Source: Mizuhopecten yessoensis (lineage: Eukaryota). Taken from it: DNA of 64,000 nt. Location of the stretch: the NCBI RefSeq assembly GCF_002113885.1, contig NW_018408136.1, forward strand, positions 272,406 to 336,405. The letters run 5' to 3'. The notes under the pieces were generated by a model. The model worked only from the letters and a program-made list of their open reading frames with translations. It was not told the DNA's origin and searched no databases. Of the stretch, positions 1-24,311 are shown piece by piece (the first letter of the stretch is position 1; each line of letters begins with the position of its first letter). The position numbers were made by a program, and so were the translations under genes.

Positions 1-486
1 TAGGGCTGGGTGTGAACGGTCCCTATGTCTGGGTGTTACAGTTGTTAGGGCTGGGTGTGAACGGTCCCTATGTCTGGGTGTTACAGTTGTTAGGGCTGGG
101 TGTGAACGGTCCCTATGTCTGGGTGTTACAGTTGTTAGGGCTGGGTGTGAACGGTCCCTATGTCTGGGTGTTACAGTTGTTAGGGCTGGGTGTGAACGGT
201 CCCTATGTCTGGGTGTTACAGTTGTTAGGGCTGGGTGTGAACGGTCCCTATGTCTGGGTGTTACAGTTGTTAGGGCTGGGTGTGAACGGTCCCTATGTCT
301 GGGTGTTACAGTTGTTAGGGCTGGGTGTGAACGGTCCCTATGTCTGGGTGTTACAGTTGTTAGGGCTGGGTGTGAACGGTCCCTATGTCTGGGTGTTACA
401 GTTGTTAGGGCTGGGTGTGAACGGTCCCTATGTCTGGGTGTTACAGTTGTTAGGGCTGGGTGTGAACGGTCCCTACGTCTGGGTGT
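1..486. repeat. 45-bp minisatellite (TAGGGCTGGGTGTGAACGGTCCCTATGTCTGGGTGTTACAGTTGT), about 11 near-perfect copies, truncated by window start; intronic to the minus-strand gene
   Basis: Direct period-45 repetition; explains the repetitive ORF 12..650. Confidence 0.97.
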
Positions 487-1071
487 TTACTATGTTTACA
501 TTTGTAGGTCTAGGTGTTAATGTTGCCTGGGTCTGGTTGTCAATGGTTCCTAAGTCAGGTTGTAAACAATCTAGCAGACTGGTGCAAGAAGTTTGGGTGC
601 AAAAAACACTAGTGAATGCAAATGACTGTATGTGTGAAGCATCTGGTTAACAATATGACCAAACAAAGTAATAGCTGTGTGTCCCATTTCCTAAGAAAGA
701 CCCTTTTCCCCTTCTACCTCAAAATATTTCATTCTTTTTAGTTTAAAATATAAAATATTGAAATAGTTGAATTTCACTATTAGGCAACATTTATTTACCT
801 GGGAATGCTTTAATGGGGTAATTTTTTTTCAAATGGATTTAATGTGCATCTATTTATTTTTTTACAAAACTAACTGTAAAATAAAACTGTAAGTCTGTAT
901 ACCCATCATCATGGAAAAAAAGTTTGTTCTCATATATTAAATACTCATCACCAGTTAAGAGTTACACAATACATAAATTCACAGATATCAACATTTTCTG
1001 TTAGGATATAATGTCACTAGGACTAGTGTCTACATTATCCTATAAATGAAATGACGATATTAAAAGCTTAC

Positions 1072-1748
1072 CATCCAATATACCAGGGTTCATATCCATC
1101 TTTCATCAATGCTCGATCCTCGCTCATGTTAAACACTTCACCAAGATTGTCAAAACTTGTAGAGTATGGGAAAAACTGACAATTTGTGTCTGAATTAACC
1201 AAAGTTGGACTATCTTGATTATACAATTTTTTGAAGAATTTAAAAGAAAAAACATTCATTGCAGTCCAATTGGCTGTAGATCCTTCGATAACCACTGGCC
1301 GCCCAGAATATGCATATGTAGTTTCAAACTGTTCACGCGTAATATTTGATACTCTGTCAATTTGAGTAACTTCTTCACAAAAACTGCAGTCCACTGGTGG
1401 GCGAACATAGTCACTGATGGACTCGCTCATTTCTACTAAACATTGCTCATGAAAAGGGTCAAGGTCTTGAATCTTAAACCAAATTAACAGAAGTTTGTTA
1501 TTGCTCACGGGCCATTCAGTCACAACAATAAACAGTAGACTAGCAATAAGTATCAGCAAGAGTAAACACACCTTTTCCAATATTCTCACAATGGAAGATT
1601 TCCGTGAAGAACTTTTTCTGATGTCTCTGAGAGCATCCAATTTCATCCAATCTTTTTCACTCAACCCAAGAGCATTAGCTTTGGTGTATAACCTTTTAAA
1701 CAAATCCTTTGGATTGTCTTTATCTGTATATTTCCGTGTGTCCGTCAT
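1072..1748 (-). CDS. First coding exon of an uncharacterised single-pass membrane protein with a probable JmjC/cupin-like lumenal domain; gene continues beyond window start
   Basis: 226-aa ORF from ATG 1748 with a hydrophobic segment (VCLLLLILIASLLFIVV) and motifs RPPVDCSFC, F...YAYSGRPVVI, W.AM..FSF.FFK.LY, CQFFPY and PWYIGW. The apparent stop lies inside a GTAAG donor (TG|gtaagc at 1072/1071). Family call is from motif recognition only. Confidence 0.8.
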
Positions 1749-2210
1749 GGCCCCAGCGCTCTGTCGTTAACAATATCGATGTCCTCACGCTCCTCTGTCA
1801 CCACATGCTGTTATCAGAATGCTAACTGAGGAACTGAGAGCTCAGTGGCTATGTCGATCGACAAAGTGAAAGTCTTAATTCTCGTTAGAGTAGCCTCCCC
1901 TTGGAGAGGTAAAAATAATTCATTAAAAGGAGCCAAAATGCACGTGAAACACACATGTCTGTTTTAGACTCCCCGGTTTATGATCACATTTTACTGTAAT
2001 CGTTCACTATTAAGCCCAATAGCATTTTATGAATAGAATTTTGGCAATTCCTGCTTGAAATATAAATCAGCAGCGTTTCGTTTGGATCGCCCCTTTTGCT
2101 TCGGGGTAGTAATGTAGACCTGGCTTTGTTTAGTACACCGTCGATGCGGCAAGCTGTCAAATCGATACGATACGTATAGAGGGTCACCAATATTGTGCCA
2201 TGTCGACATC
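1749..2210. promoter_or_regulatory. Probable bidirectional promoter and 5' UTRs shared by the minus-strand gene and CCDC149
   Basis: Divergent ATGs only 462 bp apart; locally CpG-richer; CACGTG E-box at 1941-1946. Confidence 0.65.
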
Positions 2211-13052
<10,842 letters not shown>

Positions 13053-13430
13053 GGTACATCGTCGGTGGACACAGAGTTATTTAATTTACAGTGGACATGA
13101 ATTCCAGTAAGGTGTATTTAAGAAGTTTTTAATTTCATTGTTCTAAAAACCACACTCATATCGTGAAATCCATTATCTGATGTACAGTGGACATGAATTT
13201 TAATAAGACATATCAAAAGTTTAAATTTTATTGTTCTAAAACAATGCTTACATCATGAAATCCGTTAGTAAACCTACATGTTACTTACTTTAAGTTCTTC
13301 CAATGCAAGAAATGGCAGTGTGTTCAGATACACTTTGGACCTCAGGGGTAACTGAGTCTCGTATTCTAATCAGCTGTATTCATTGTTTGTATGTCCTTGT
13401 CCTAAACATTCCCTAATACAATCAGGCAAT

Positions 13431-14956
13431 AAGAGCACTGTCAGACCCAAGTGGTGGCGGAGAGCACTGTCAGACCCAAGTGGTGGCGGAGATCACTGTC
13501 AGACCCAAGTGGTGGTGGAGAGCACTGTCAGACGCAAGTGGTGGTGGAGATCACTGTCAGACCCAAGTGGTGGTGGGGAGCACTGTCAGACCCAAGTGGT
13601 GGCGGAGAGCACTGTCAGACCCAAGTGGTGGCGGAGAGCACTGTCAGACCCAAGTGGTGGTGGAGATCACTGGCAGACCCAAGTGGTGGCAGAGAGCACT
13701 GTCAGATCCAAGTGGTGGTGGAGAGCACTGTCAGACCCAAGTGGGGGTGGAGAGCACTGTCAGACCCAAGTGGTGGAGGAGATCACTGTCAGACCCAAGT
13801 GGTGGCAGAGATCACTGTCCGACCCAAGTGGTGGTGGAGATCACTGTCAGACCCAAGTGGTCGTGGAGAGCACTGTCAGACCCAAGTGGTGGTGGAGAGC
13901 GCTGTCAGACCCAAGTGGTGGCGGAGATTGCTGGTTGCACTCTCTAGAGAGCACTGTCAGACCCAAGTGGTGGCGGAGATCACTGTCAGACCCAAGTGGT
14001 GGTGGAGAGCACTGTCAGACGCAAGTGGTGGTGGAGATCACTGTCAGACCCAAGGGGTGGTGGAGAGCACTGTCAGACCCAAGTGGTGGTGGAGACCACT
14101 GTCAGACCCAAGTGGTGGTGGAGATCACTGTCAGACCCAAGAGGTGGCAGAGATCACTGTCAGACCCAAGTGGTGGGGGAGAGCACTGTCAGACCCAAGT
14201 GGTGGTGGAGATTACTGTCAGCCCCAAGTGGTGGTGGAGAGCACTGTCAGACCCAAGTGGTGGCGGAGATCACTGTCAGACCCAAGTGGTGGTGGAGAGC
14301 ACTGTCAGACCCAAGTGGTTGTGGAGAGCACTGTCAGACCCAAGTGGTGGTGGAGACCACTGTCAGACCCAAGTGGTGGTGGAGAGCACTGTCAGACGCA
14401 AGTGGTGGTGGAGATCACTGTCAGACCCAAGAGGTGGCAGAGATCACTGTCAGACCCAAGTGGTGGTGGAGATCACTGGCAGACCCAAGTGGTGGCAGAG
14501 AGCACTGTCAGACCCAAGTGGTGGTGGGGAGCACTGTCAGACCCAAGTGGTGGCAGAGAGCACTGTCAGATCCAAGTGGTGGTGGAGAGCACTGTCAGAC
14601 CCAAGTGGTTGTGGAGAGCACTGTCAGACCCAAGTGGTGGTGGAGATCACTGGCAGACCCAAGTGGTGGCAGAGAGCACTGTCAGATCCAAGTGGTGGTG
14701 GAGAGCACTGTCAGACCCAAGTGGGGGTGGAGAGCACTGTCAGACCCAAGTGGTGGAGGAGATCACTGTCAGACCCAAGTGGTGGCAGAGATCACTGTCA
14801 GACCCAAGTGGTGGTGGAGATCACTGGCAGACCCAAGTGGTGGCAGAGAGCACTGTCAGATCCAAGTGGTGGTGGAGAGCACTGTCAGACCCAAGTGGTG
14901 GTGGAGAGCGCTGTCAGACCCAAGTGGTGGCGGAGATTGCTGGTTGCACTCTCTAG
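13431..14956. repeat. 29-bp GC-rich minisatellite (GAGA[G/T]CACTGTCAGACCCAAGTGGTGGTG), about 52 copies, downstream of the CCDC149 stop (probably 3' UTR)
   Basis: Direct repetition; generates overlapping repetitive ORFs in all three forward frames. Confidence 0.97.
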
Positions 14957-15754
14957 TCATTTCAGTTTTCTCCACAGGTAGACTCTGTTACTGACACATT
15001 TGCAGAAACTACATAATTCTCCTGAAATACGATGTTAACATGTGAAATCTCTGATTTAAAGAAATCTCAAGAGTCAGTGTTTAATACTGAGCAAAGTCAA
15101 CATGTTCTGTAGTCCTAACATTTTGAGCTTTACTTATATCGGTAGGAAATGGTCCCTCGCTTGTTGTTGATGTTATTACTCGACACTATTTTGACAGATG
15201 TGCCCCACCACATTACATTTTCCATTCTGACCATTTTCATACCAGAATGGGTGGTATTAGTTACCATATGGCTTACTGTTCTAGTTAAAGTTTTGTATGC
15301 TTTGTATATTTTTTTATTGAAATGTGTTCTGAATTCTGATTTTTTTTTTTTATTATTATATGTGTGATGTACTAGTGTCGTAAAAAATATGTTTGTTCTG
15401 GTATATATGTTATTAAGATAGAACTTATTTTGATTTATTCTGTTTTAGATAGAATTTTATTTATGAGACCAAAGCTCTGCCCTATAACTTTATAGAGAAT
15501 GTATACATAATAATACCACGGAATTAGATTATCTAAGTCCGTGATAATACCCACTCCATTGAAATCTGACACATTTTATTGGCTTGTAGATTTAAAATGA
15601 TCCAATATTCTTTCTCCGACAACATCCCCACACCTGACTGTTCTGCTGGACATTTCCTGTTCTACTCTGTAGAATATATTTAGTATACAAGGAACTTATC
15701 AAAATGGATCAGTCATTTATGTTTACATTATTACCATGGAAACATTCCATTGAT

Positions 15755-16325
15755 TTTATGTATTTCTCTGTGAGGAATCTGTTAACATTTCTTTGATTAC
15801 AAGTATTTCATTATGTGAGAAAACTGTTTGCGATTCTTTGGTTGTGTGTATTTCATTATGTGAGGAATCTGTTTACTGTTCTTTGGTAAAGAGTATTTCA
15901 TTATGTGAGAAAACTGTTTGCGATTCTTTGGTTGTGTGTATTTTATTATGTGAGGAATCTGTTAACATTTCTTTGATTACAAGTATTTCATTATGTGTGA
16001 AAACTGTTTGCGATTCTTTGTTTGTGTGTATTTCATTATGGGAGAAAACTGTTTGCTATTCTTTGGTTGTGTGTCTTTCATTATGTGAGAAAACTGTTTT
16101 CGATTCTTTGGTTGTGTGTATATCATTATGTGAGAAAACTCTTTGCGATTCTTTGGTTGTGTGTATTTCATTATGTGAGGAATCTGTTTACTGTTCTTTG
16201 GTTGTGTGTATTTCGTTGCCAGGAATCTGTTTATGTTCCTTTATTGTATTTTATTGTGGAGAATATCTGTTTATATTGAGTTGGTTGTAAGTATATCATT
16301 GTGAGGAATCTGTAAGTTCCTTTGG
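15755..16325. repeat. Degenerate 45-bp minisatellite (TATTTCATTATGTGAGAAAACTGTTTGCGATTCTTTGGTTGTGTG), about 12 copies
   Basis: Direct repetition. Confidence 0.9.
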
Positions 16326-16429
16326 CTGTGACATCAACCTGATATATTACTACAGATGCATAAATCTCAGTAGCACACATGATATTGAAGTTTCATGTCA
16401 ACAAGACATTTATGTTTCGTATGTCCTAT

Positions 16430-17088
16430 TTGATATTCCCTTGGATATTGATGTTGAAGAGGTTTGATATCCCCTGGGATATTGATGTTAAAGAGGTTTG
16501 GTATTCCCTGGGATATTGATGTTGAAGAGGTTTGGTATTCCCGGGGATAGTTATGTGTGTAGTCCCGGGATAGTTATGTGTGTAGTCCCGGGGATAGTTA
16601 TTTGTGTAGTCCCGGGATAGTTATTTGTGTAGTCCCGGGGATAGTTATGTGTGTAGTCCCGGGGATAGTTATGTGTGTAGTCCCGGGGATAGTTATGTGT
16701 GTAGTCCCGGGATAGTTATTTGTGTAGTCCCGGGGATAGTTATGTGTGTAGTCCCGGGGATAGTTATGTGTGTAGTCCCGGGATAGTTATTTGTGTAGTC
16801 CCGGGGATAGTTATGTGTGTAGTCCCGGGGATAGTTATGTGTGTAGTCCCGGGATAGTTATTTGTGTAGTCCCGGGGATAGTTATGTGTGTAGTCCCGGG
16901 GATAGTTATGTGTGTAGTCCCGGGATAGTTATTTGTGTAGTCCCGGGGATAGTTATGTGTGTAGTCCCGGGGATAGTTATGTGTGTAGTCCCGGGATAGT
17001 TATTTGTGTAGTCCCGGGGATAGTTATGTGTGTAGTCCCGGGGATAGTTATGTGTGTAGTCCCGGGAATAGTTATGTGTGTAGTCCCT
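16430..17088. repeat. Compound array: about 3 copies of a roughly 34-bp unit, then about 23 copies of a 23/24-bp unit (GGGATAGTTATGTGTGTAGTCCC[G])
   Basis: Direct repetition; both units share GGGATA...TCCC ends. Confidence 0.93.
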
Positions 17089-18174
17089 TGTTTACTAGTG
17101 TGTGATTGTCTGAGGATTATTGATGTTCCTGTTCTTTGTTATTACATCAATAGTTATCCACAGAATCCAAAAATATTACACAAGGGAGCAAACAAGTCTG
17201 TCAGTTATGTCTCCCTTGGACTTTCAGGAATAAGAAAGTCTATGCAATATGTGAAATAACACGGATCATTTGAGTCGCTGTTATGTATTTTTTCTTTGTT
17301 CAATTTATCTGTTGTTTGTTTTGTAAATAAAAATTATATAATATTTTAGTTTTACATGTACATACTGCATTAACAGTTACAGGCCCCATTTTTCCAAACA
17401 TCTGTTAACTTTAGGAAATTTAATCTAAGGTAAAAAGATCTGACTATATAAATGTCTCTCCTGAAACCATAGCCAGCGATGTGGCGGGCTTTGACCCTTG
17501 AAGTAGAATCAGTGAGGCAAGCCTCCAAATCACTCAACAGCAGAAGATGTGTTATTCCTGCTGAAACAATTTAATATCATCAATATAACTTTTCCTGATT
17601 CCTAAAGTTACTTTTTATAGTGTGACCGGCTGTTTTTTTAGATAATATTGCTTGGAATGTAGAAAATAAAGCATAACACATGTATGTAGTTGAGTCCCTA
17701 GCAACCGGTAATCCTGCCAGATATATATATATACCGCAGACATGTCAGGACCGGGACGGTGTGAGGAGACGGACTAGATTGTTGATGTACAGAACACATT
17801 GTTATTACAAAGGTTGTGGTTTTAGGGTAAATCTTTGTTCCAATATGTACATATATACATAATTTACAAGTTACAGTGTAGATATTCCTTCAATTCTATA
17901 CAGCAGTATGAACTATCATATTTAAAATAGACTAGTATTTTAGGAAACCTTTAGATTGCAACAGTGGTCACCATTAATGAGTGGTCTCTACCAACGGATT
18001 GGTAACATGCCTGAGTGGCTTTCCCAAACAGGAATATATTTTATCAGGAGGTTAACTCCGCTCAAAACGGTAAACTTTTATCCAAATTTTTATACTACCG
18101 GGGTATATAGATTTATTTTCATTTCATTGGCATTGTTCATCTTATGTCTGCTGTAATTTGGGCGTGAACATTGC

Positions 18175-19050
18175 TGATGTTAATAAGTTAATGCTACTCT
18201 GACCTCACCCTGTTGTTTGGGAGATGTTAATAAGTTAATGCTAATCTGACCTCGCCCTGTTGTTTGGTAGATGTTAATAATAAGTAAATGCTAATCTGAC
18301 CTCACCCTGTTGTTTGGGAGATGTTAATAAGTTAATGCTAATCTAGCCTCACCCTGTTGTTTGGTAGATGTTAATAATAAGATAATGCTAATCTGGCCTC
18401 ACCCTGTTGTTTGCTAGATGTTAATAATAAATTAATGCTAATCTGGCCTCACCCTGTTGTTTGGTAGATTTTAATAATAAGTTAATGCTAATCTGGCCTC
18501 ACCCTGTTGTTTGCTAGATGTTAATAATAAATTAATGCTAATCTGGCCTCACCCTGTTGTTTGGTAGATGGTAATAATAAGTTAATGCTAATCTGGCCTC
18601 ACCCTGTTGTTTGCTAGATGTTAATAATAAATTAATGCTAATCTGGCCTCACCCTGTTGTTTGCTAGATGTTAATAATAAATTAATGCTAATCTGGCCTC
18701 ACCCTGTTGTTTGGTAGATGGTAATAATAAGTTAATGCTAATCTGGCCTCACCCTGTTGTTTGGTAGATTTTAATAATAAGTTAATGCTAATCTGGCCTC
18801 ACCCTGTTGTTTGGTAGATGTTAATAATAAGTTAATGCTAATATGGCCTCACCCTGTTGTTTGGTAGATGTTAATTAGTTAATGCTACTCTGACCTCACC
18901 CTGTTGTTTGGTAGATGTTAATAAGTTAATGCTAATGGCCTACCCTGTTGTTTGGTAGATGTTAATAAGTTAATGCTAATCTAGCCTCACCCTGTTGTTT
19001 GGTAGATGTTAATAAGTTAATGCTAATCTGACCTCATCCTGTTGTTGGGT
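18175..19050. repeat. 50-bp minisatellite (GATGTTAATAATAAGTTAATGCTAATCTGGCCTCACCCTGTTGTTTGGTA) with 47-bp variants, about 18 copies
   Basis: Direct repetition. Confidence 0.95.
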
Positions 19051-19120
19051 ATCTTCACTAGCCAATTGTTCGCTTCGTAAGTGGAGTGTATACGAAGCAA
19101 ACACTTGGCTAGCGAAAATG
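19050..19120. mobile_element. About 70-bp hairpin mini-element with an imperfect 9-bp TSD
   Basis: ATCTTCACTAGCCAATTGTTCGCTTCGTA pairs with TACGAAGCAAACACTTGGCTAGCGAAAAT; flanks GTTGTTGGG (19041-49) and GTTGTTCGG (19121-29). Confidence 0.75.
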
Positions 19121-21171
19121 GTTGTTCGGTAGATGTAAACATGTTGACACTTATCTACTGTCACCACAACTGATTATATTTGAAAAACATGTCAACATAT
19201 TTACACATTGAAGGGTGTACAGCAGGGATACAGAGAAATTGAGTGAGAGTATCCAACAATGCCAAAAGTAGCATAATGTATATATTCTGTCAATTATACC
19301 CCGAGTATTTTAATTACTCAGCGCTCATTTGAGGTCGAGGGAAGCAGACACCTGTCCTTCAGTAGTCGGTGTACTGGTGATGTCATCAATTCACATTTGT
19401 ACAAACTCTATAGGTACATGTACCTTTTGTCACCATGGAGACCATCTGTCACTGTAATCACCATTTTCCAGAGAATCTCAGCTCAAAAGTTACGACTGTG
19501 CAATAACATGTACACTAAATAAAATGTTCAAACACTCAAATCTGTATTTATTGTTGAACTCTGATGGAATACCACTTGCAGCATCACTTTCATACTTTGT
19601 TAATAACATATATGAGCTCAAATGCTTTAAGTTAAATGAAAATTCACAAGACCTAAATGGCTTGAAAATCTGTTTATTCAACAATAGACAACAGACTTTA
19701 TGGCGGTGGACTTCACATTGTATAGTGTGTCGGTACACAGGCACTGGAGGCCTGTAGTCAAGTCTACTTCAACATTTTATCTCCTACAAATCCTTACCAG
19801 ACCATCTGTTTTCTTTCCTTCCAAATGTAGATTGTTGTATACATTATATCTTCTATAAATAATAAGATATCTTTTGTGAGATGTTTTTATCTGACAAAAT
19901 ACAGATTCAGGTCGAATAGTGTGTAAATATCAACTGGATTGTTGATCTCTAATGTTTGGATGATTAGACCAATTTAATTAATAATTAAACCAATTTAATT
20001 AATAATTAAACAGTATTTTAGTTGGTGGTCGAGGACAGCATTGACAGAATTGATCTCAATACATTGTATTCCTCTTATGTCATGATATACTGATATTAAC
20101 AGAAATCTTATGTATTACTAAATATAACTAATCAGGACCCAATCCAATGAAAACTGTTGTTTAACCCGTACAGCCTCGCAGAAAAACAGACAAGTAAGCA
20201 TAGGCTGTAGGAAATTCTGTAATGATCTTGAGAATCTTGGGGGGGAAAAAAATGGAAAAAAATAAACCACTTGGAGTTATTACATTACCAGGACTAATTG
20301 CGAACATATTTCCTATAATAAAGCTAGGCAAGACAAACAGTTTCATTGGAATATTTTGACAACAGTGTTATAGTAGATTTATACTGCAGTGACCGCCACC
20401 AGTGACTAGCCCACCACAGACGAAGGTGTTAAACAGTAATACATGTATACCAATATCACACATACCACTAACATGGTGTACAATAATATCACAAAGATAT
20501 AGTGAGGATATAATTACAACCACCGTGCACTAATACATTGTATCGCCAGTACAGAATCTGGATGTGGAAAATATCTGCAGACGGATAAGGCAAACTATCA
20601 CAGGGAAAGGCTGGCTACTTAAACTCGACAGAAACATTTCTCTACAATTCGTTGTTTGAATGGACAGCGAGACATACAAATGTTTTACACCTAAACAATT
20701 AAAGCTGGGGCAACATGAAGCAGTTAAAAAGTGATTTAATAATAACCAAATAATTTGAGTTCACTCCACCATTGAACAGAATACTGAAAAAAGTAAGAAT
20801 GCGATAGAAAATTCACCAATAAATTCAGTCTACCTGTCAGATATTGTACAAAATCTGTACACTGAAGTATTAAGCAATCCAACAACCACCACAAAGTACA
20901 GAGTTACCATGTTGGTAGCTATATAGTAGACAGTAGCAAGGCTGTGGATCACGTCACAACCACAATGGTGTGACCTCTAGGGTACCAACTGTCCTGTTAA
21001 AGATATTTAAGGAGATGGACAAAATCTTCAATTCTTCAATTTAATTTAAAGTTTGACTACTTTTAGAGGAGTTCAGAAATGTTTAATAACTGTTTATGCA
21101 TGCAGACATTTCCTGACATTAACTCCCCTGCGTGTCCAACCCTTGTTATCTAAATTCTTATGTAAGCCGAC

Positions 21172-21263
21172 TTTACCTCATTGACCCCTGAAGACACATT
21201 TGAACCCTTCCAATTCAAAGGTTGGAATAGTTCATTATGAAACTTCAGGGGTGAATGTGTTAA
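21172..21263. mobile_element. Degenerate short MITE (CATTGACCCCTGAAG ... CTTCAGGGGTGAATG-TGTTAA), possibly TTAA-targeting
   Basis: About 15-bp inverted repeat; right end followed by TTAA. Confidence 0.5.
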
Positions 21264-23569
21264 TCAGTGCCAACTGTAATCCTACACAATCTCATCTTTA
21301 TCACATTTCATAGTTATGCATAGAAAAATATAAATGTTAAAAACCTTTTAAAAGTGAGTAATAAGTATGGTCTATTGACCATCAAAGCCCAAAAACATAA
21401 GGCTGATTTAATAAGCTATACAAATTTACAGTACACACTCCTAGAAATAGAAATCTAAACTTTCTTGCCGTCAGCTGCCAATAATGTAAGCTGGCTAAAA
21501 AATATAGGTATGGCAGGGTCACTACACAGGTCGCTTCAACAGAACATGGCGTCAGATTTATTTCTTAACTTTAAAAAGACAGAAAAAAGGGAACTATAAC
21601 ATTAAAAATTCAAGCTAGACATGTAAGACAACAAGACTGGCTGCTTAATGCCTCTGCACCTTTATCAGGTTAACATGTGGTGGTAATACATTTATATCAT
21701 TCACAATGAAGTTAACTGCTTTGCATAATGATTAAGTGTACTAAGTTTCGTTGAAATTATCAAGTACGTTTACTATACAAATTTCTTTTTACAATAAAGG
21801 GGATTAACTCTGCAAATAGTTAAAATAAAATTAATTTAAACACTAGTGACTACACAACTACATACTGATAACTACCGGGTAATAGAATTTTACCGATAGT
21901 GCATTAGGAGACAAAGTCAGGACTAACATAGATGGATACACAGACACCCTGATTCCAGTATAGCTACTCCTAAATTGGTTGTGGGGTGCAAAATAATTGG
22001 TATATTTATAGGGACATGAAATGGAAAGCATGAAGTCTTACAATTGGGTGTAGGTCAAGGTTATCATTTGACCTTGTAAAATAGCCAGGCAAGAGTATAA
22101 CAAGCACCAATATAAACACAGGTTTCAATCAGAAACATCCTCTAAAGATTTACTAACAAAAAGTATTCTCCGTGTTTATACAGAAGACTTCCAAGAAAAG
22201 AAAACTTAAATGGTTTCCCATTGTATATACCTTACTGTCAATATATTACATTTTAAAGCATAAATATCAAAAAATGTTACTGTATTAATTGTAGGGAACA
22301 TTTCTATTGTAAATCTTTGTGTCCATGCATGTTATATGAAAATGCCAAAAGCATTTTAATATATATATACCATGAATGAGTGGATCTATTTCTTACAGGC
22401 GAAATTGACTTAAAAAAGAGCAAGAATTAGAACCAAACCACAACCATTTGGAGTTCTGATAATAACACCTGTGTTTCCACACTTTAAACACTAAAATAAT
22501 ACAATTGCACATGAGTGATTTTAAAACAAAAACATACTGCAATTGCACTGAAATGACCTTGGTTTTTAAATTAATAAATTAACAACATAAAAATCTCCAC
22601 AAAACAGTTTTGAGTCTAAGAAATCACTAAACCAAGCCAAAAAAATAAAAAATATCTGACTAATCACATCATGAACACATTACTTCACTCCAGGGTTAAA
22701 ATAAAGTGGTGACTATGACGAACAATACAGTACTTTACACCTATAAATAATGTAAGATAAAGTTTGATAATTTTCTCATAACACACAACCAATTAAACAT
22801 AAAAAATGTCTCAACCTTTGAACATTAGAAATCAATCTTGCTCTATTTTTTGTAGACTCTGAGTTTAATGTAAGACAATCCTGTGATGAAAGACTTGCAT
22901 CAACAATACAAAGATAACACAGTTCTAAATAGGTGTCAATAAATAAACACCTTTTTTACATAAACTTCAACATTGTTGTAATCTCTAAAATATACATCAT
23001 TTAAAAACTGGATATAATCATCAATAAAGGAATTCATTCTCGTCCTAAAGGCGTTAAAACAGTAAGTGTGTAGGAGGTTTATATCTGTACTGAAGCCTAC
23101 AGACATCATTAAGTCAGCTGACCGTCTGTTGAGTATAACGTCATACAGCAGATTGGTGTTGGTATTATTCCGACATGTATATCTTTTTAGACCCAACATT
23201 TATATATACTTTCATCGTTCGTTTAAATTTTTCCAGAGATAGTATCTTCGTACCATATTTGGAGACAGCAATACTTAGCAAATGCAAGAAAGCACTATCT
23301 ACTAGAGAGGTTAGCATATAGAGATTTAACAGGACCGGCACCAACACTGATATTGAGCTGTAATCTACAAAAGCCTGTCACCGTGGTGATAGGCACAACA
23401 ACATATAAAATCACATCACATGTGTCACAAGTTCTAATACAACAGCACCGCAATTTGTAAATAAAATCTGGTCCCTAGTTGTCATAGAAACAGAATGCCT
23501 GTAAAATATTGTCACATGGTAGCAATGTGTAGCCAGTGATCTATTAAGTGTAGCAGCGTTGTATTTCTG

Positions 23570-23649
23570 GCCTTGGGATCAGGAAACAGACTTCTGGACT
23601 TAAGTTCAGAGTTTGTCTTAGACTTAAGTCTGTTTCATAATCCTGGGGC
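23570..23649. mobile_element. 80-bp MITE with GCC...GGC termini and a CTG TSD (PIF/Harbinger-like)
   Basis: GCCTTGGGATCAGGAAACAGACTT versus AAGTCTGTTTCATAATCCTGGGGC; CTG at 23567-69 and 23650-52. Confidence 0.6.
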
Positions 23650-24311
23650 CTGGACAATATGCAATATGACTTAAGCTAGTTGATTTTACTTAACTTGGGT
23701 ACTTACCTGTTTGGTGACACTATTTCGAAATTTTCAACTGAACAGCTTGTTTTGTTTGCACCTTACTCTGCCCAGACTTAGAACACACTGTACCATGTGA
23801 CAATAAAGCACCAATCATCTACAGGCTTTCTGGTCCCATCACACCTCACACTCCGTCTCACACTGGTGATGAGTACCAGACTGATTGGTTCTATAGAACT
23901 AGATTAACCCAACACTGATCAGTTTACAATAGATACTGAGGCTGACAGTGTTGTGTTAATCAGGCTCCAATGCAAAAAGAAAGAAAATTGAAACATATTT
24001 CCTAAAATTTGTATATTGATTTCTGTTATTCGTAGCTAATTAAACTTACCTTTTAAAATTAGAAATTAAAAAATCTACCTTTTCAAAGAAACAAAAGCGC
24101 CTATTTGATATAATTTGCATAAAGAGAAACAATCATTTTCTTTAATCTTGGAGCCAATCACTGACCAATAAATCGGATACACCACACACACACACACACA
24201 CATTACACACCCCACCCCTCAGGGCTACAGCTTACAGAGATAACTCTGCGAGGGACTTCATGAAAGACAGTAGCCATGTAGTAACTGCTGAGATCACATG
24301 TTTGCCGACAG

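Noticed and set aside
12-650. 212-aa ORF of 15-aa repeats
   Set aside because: Translation of a 45-bp minisatellite, GTG start, antisense within an intron.
13383-14994. Long Trp/Gly-rich ORFs in three frames
   Set aside because: A stop-free 29-bp unit gives the same peptide in all frames; no coding signature.
15793-16290. Cys-rich 165-aa ORF
   Set aside because: Product of a 45-bp repeat; no ATG start or splice context.
17300-24300. Additional gene between CCDC149 and SNX16
   Set aside because: Only short ORFs without recognisable domains; more consistent with convergent 3' UTRs and intergenic DNA.
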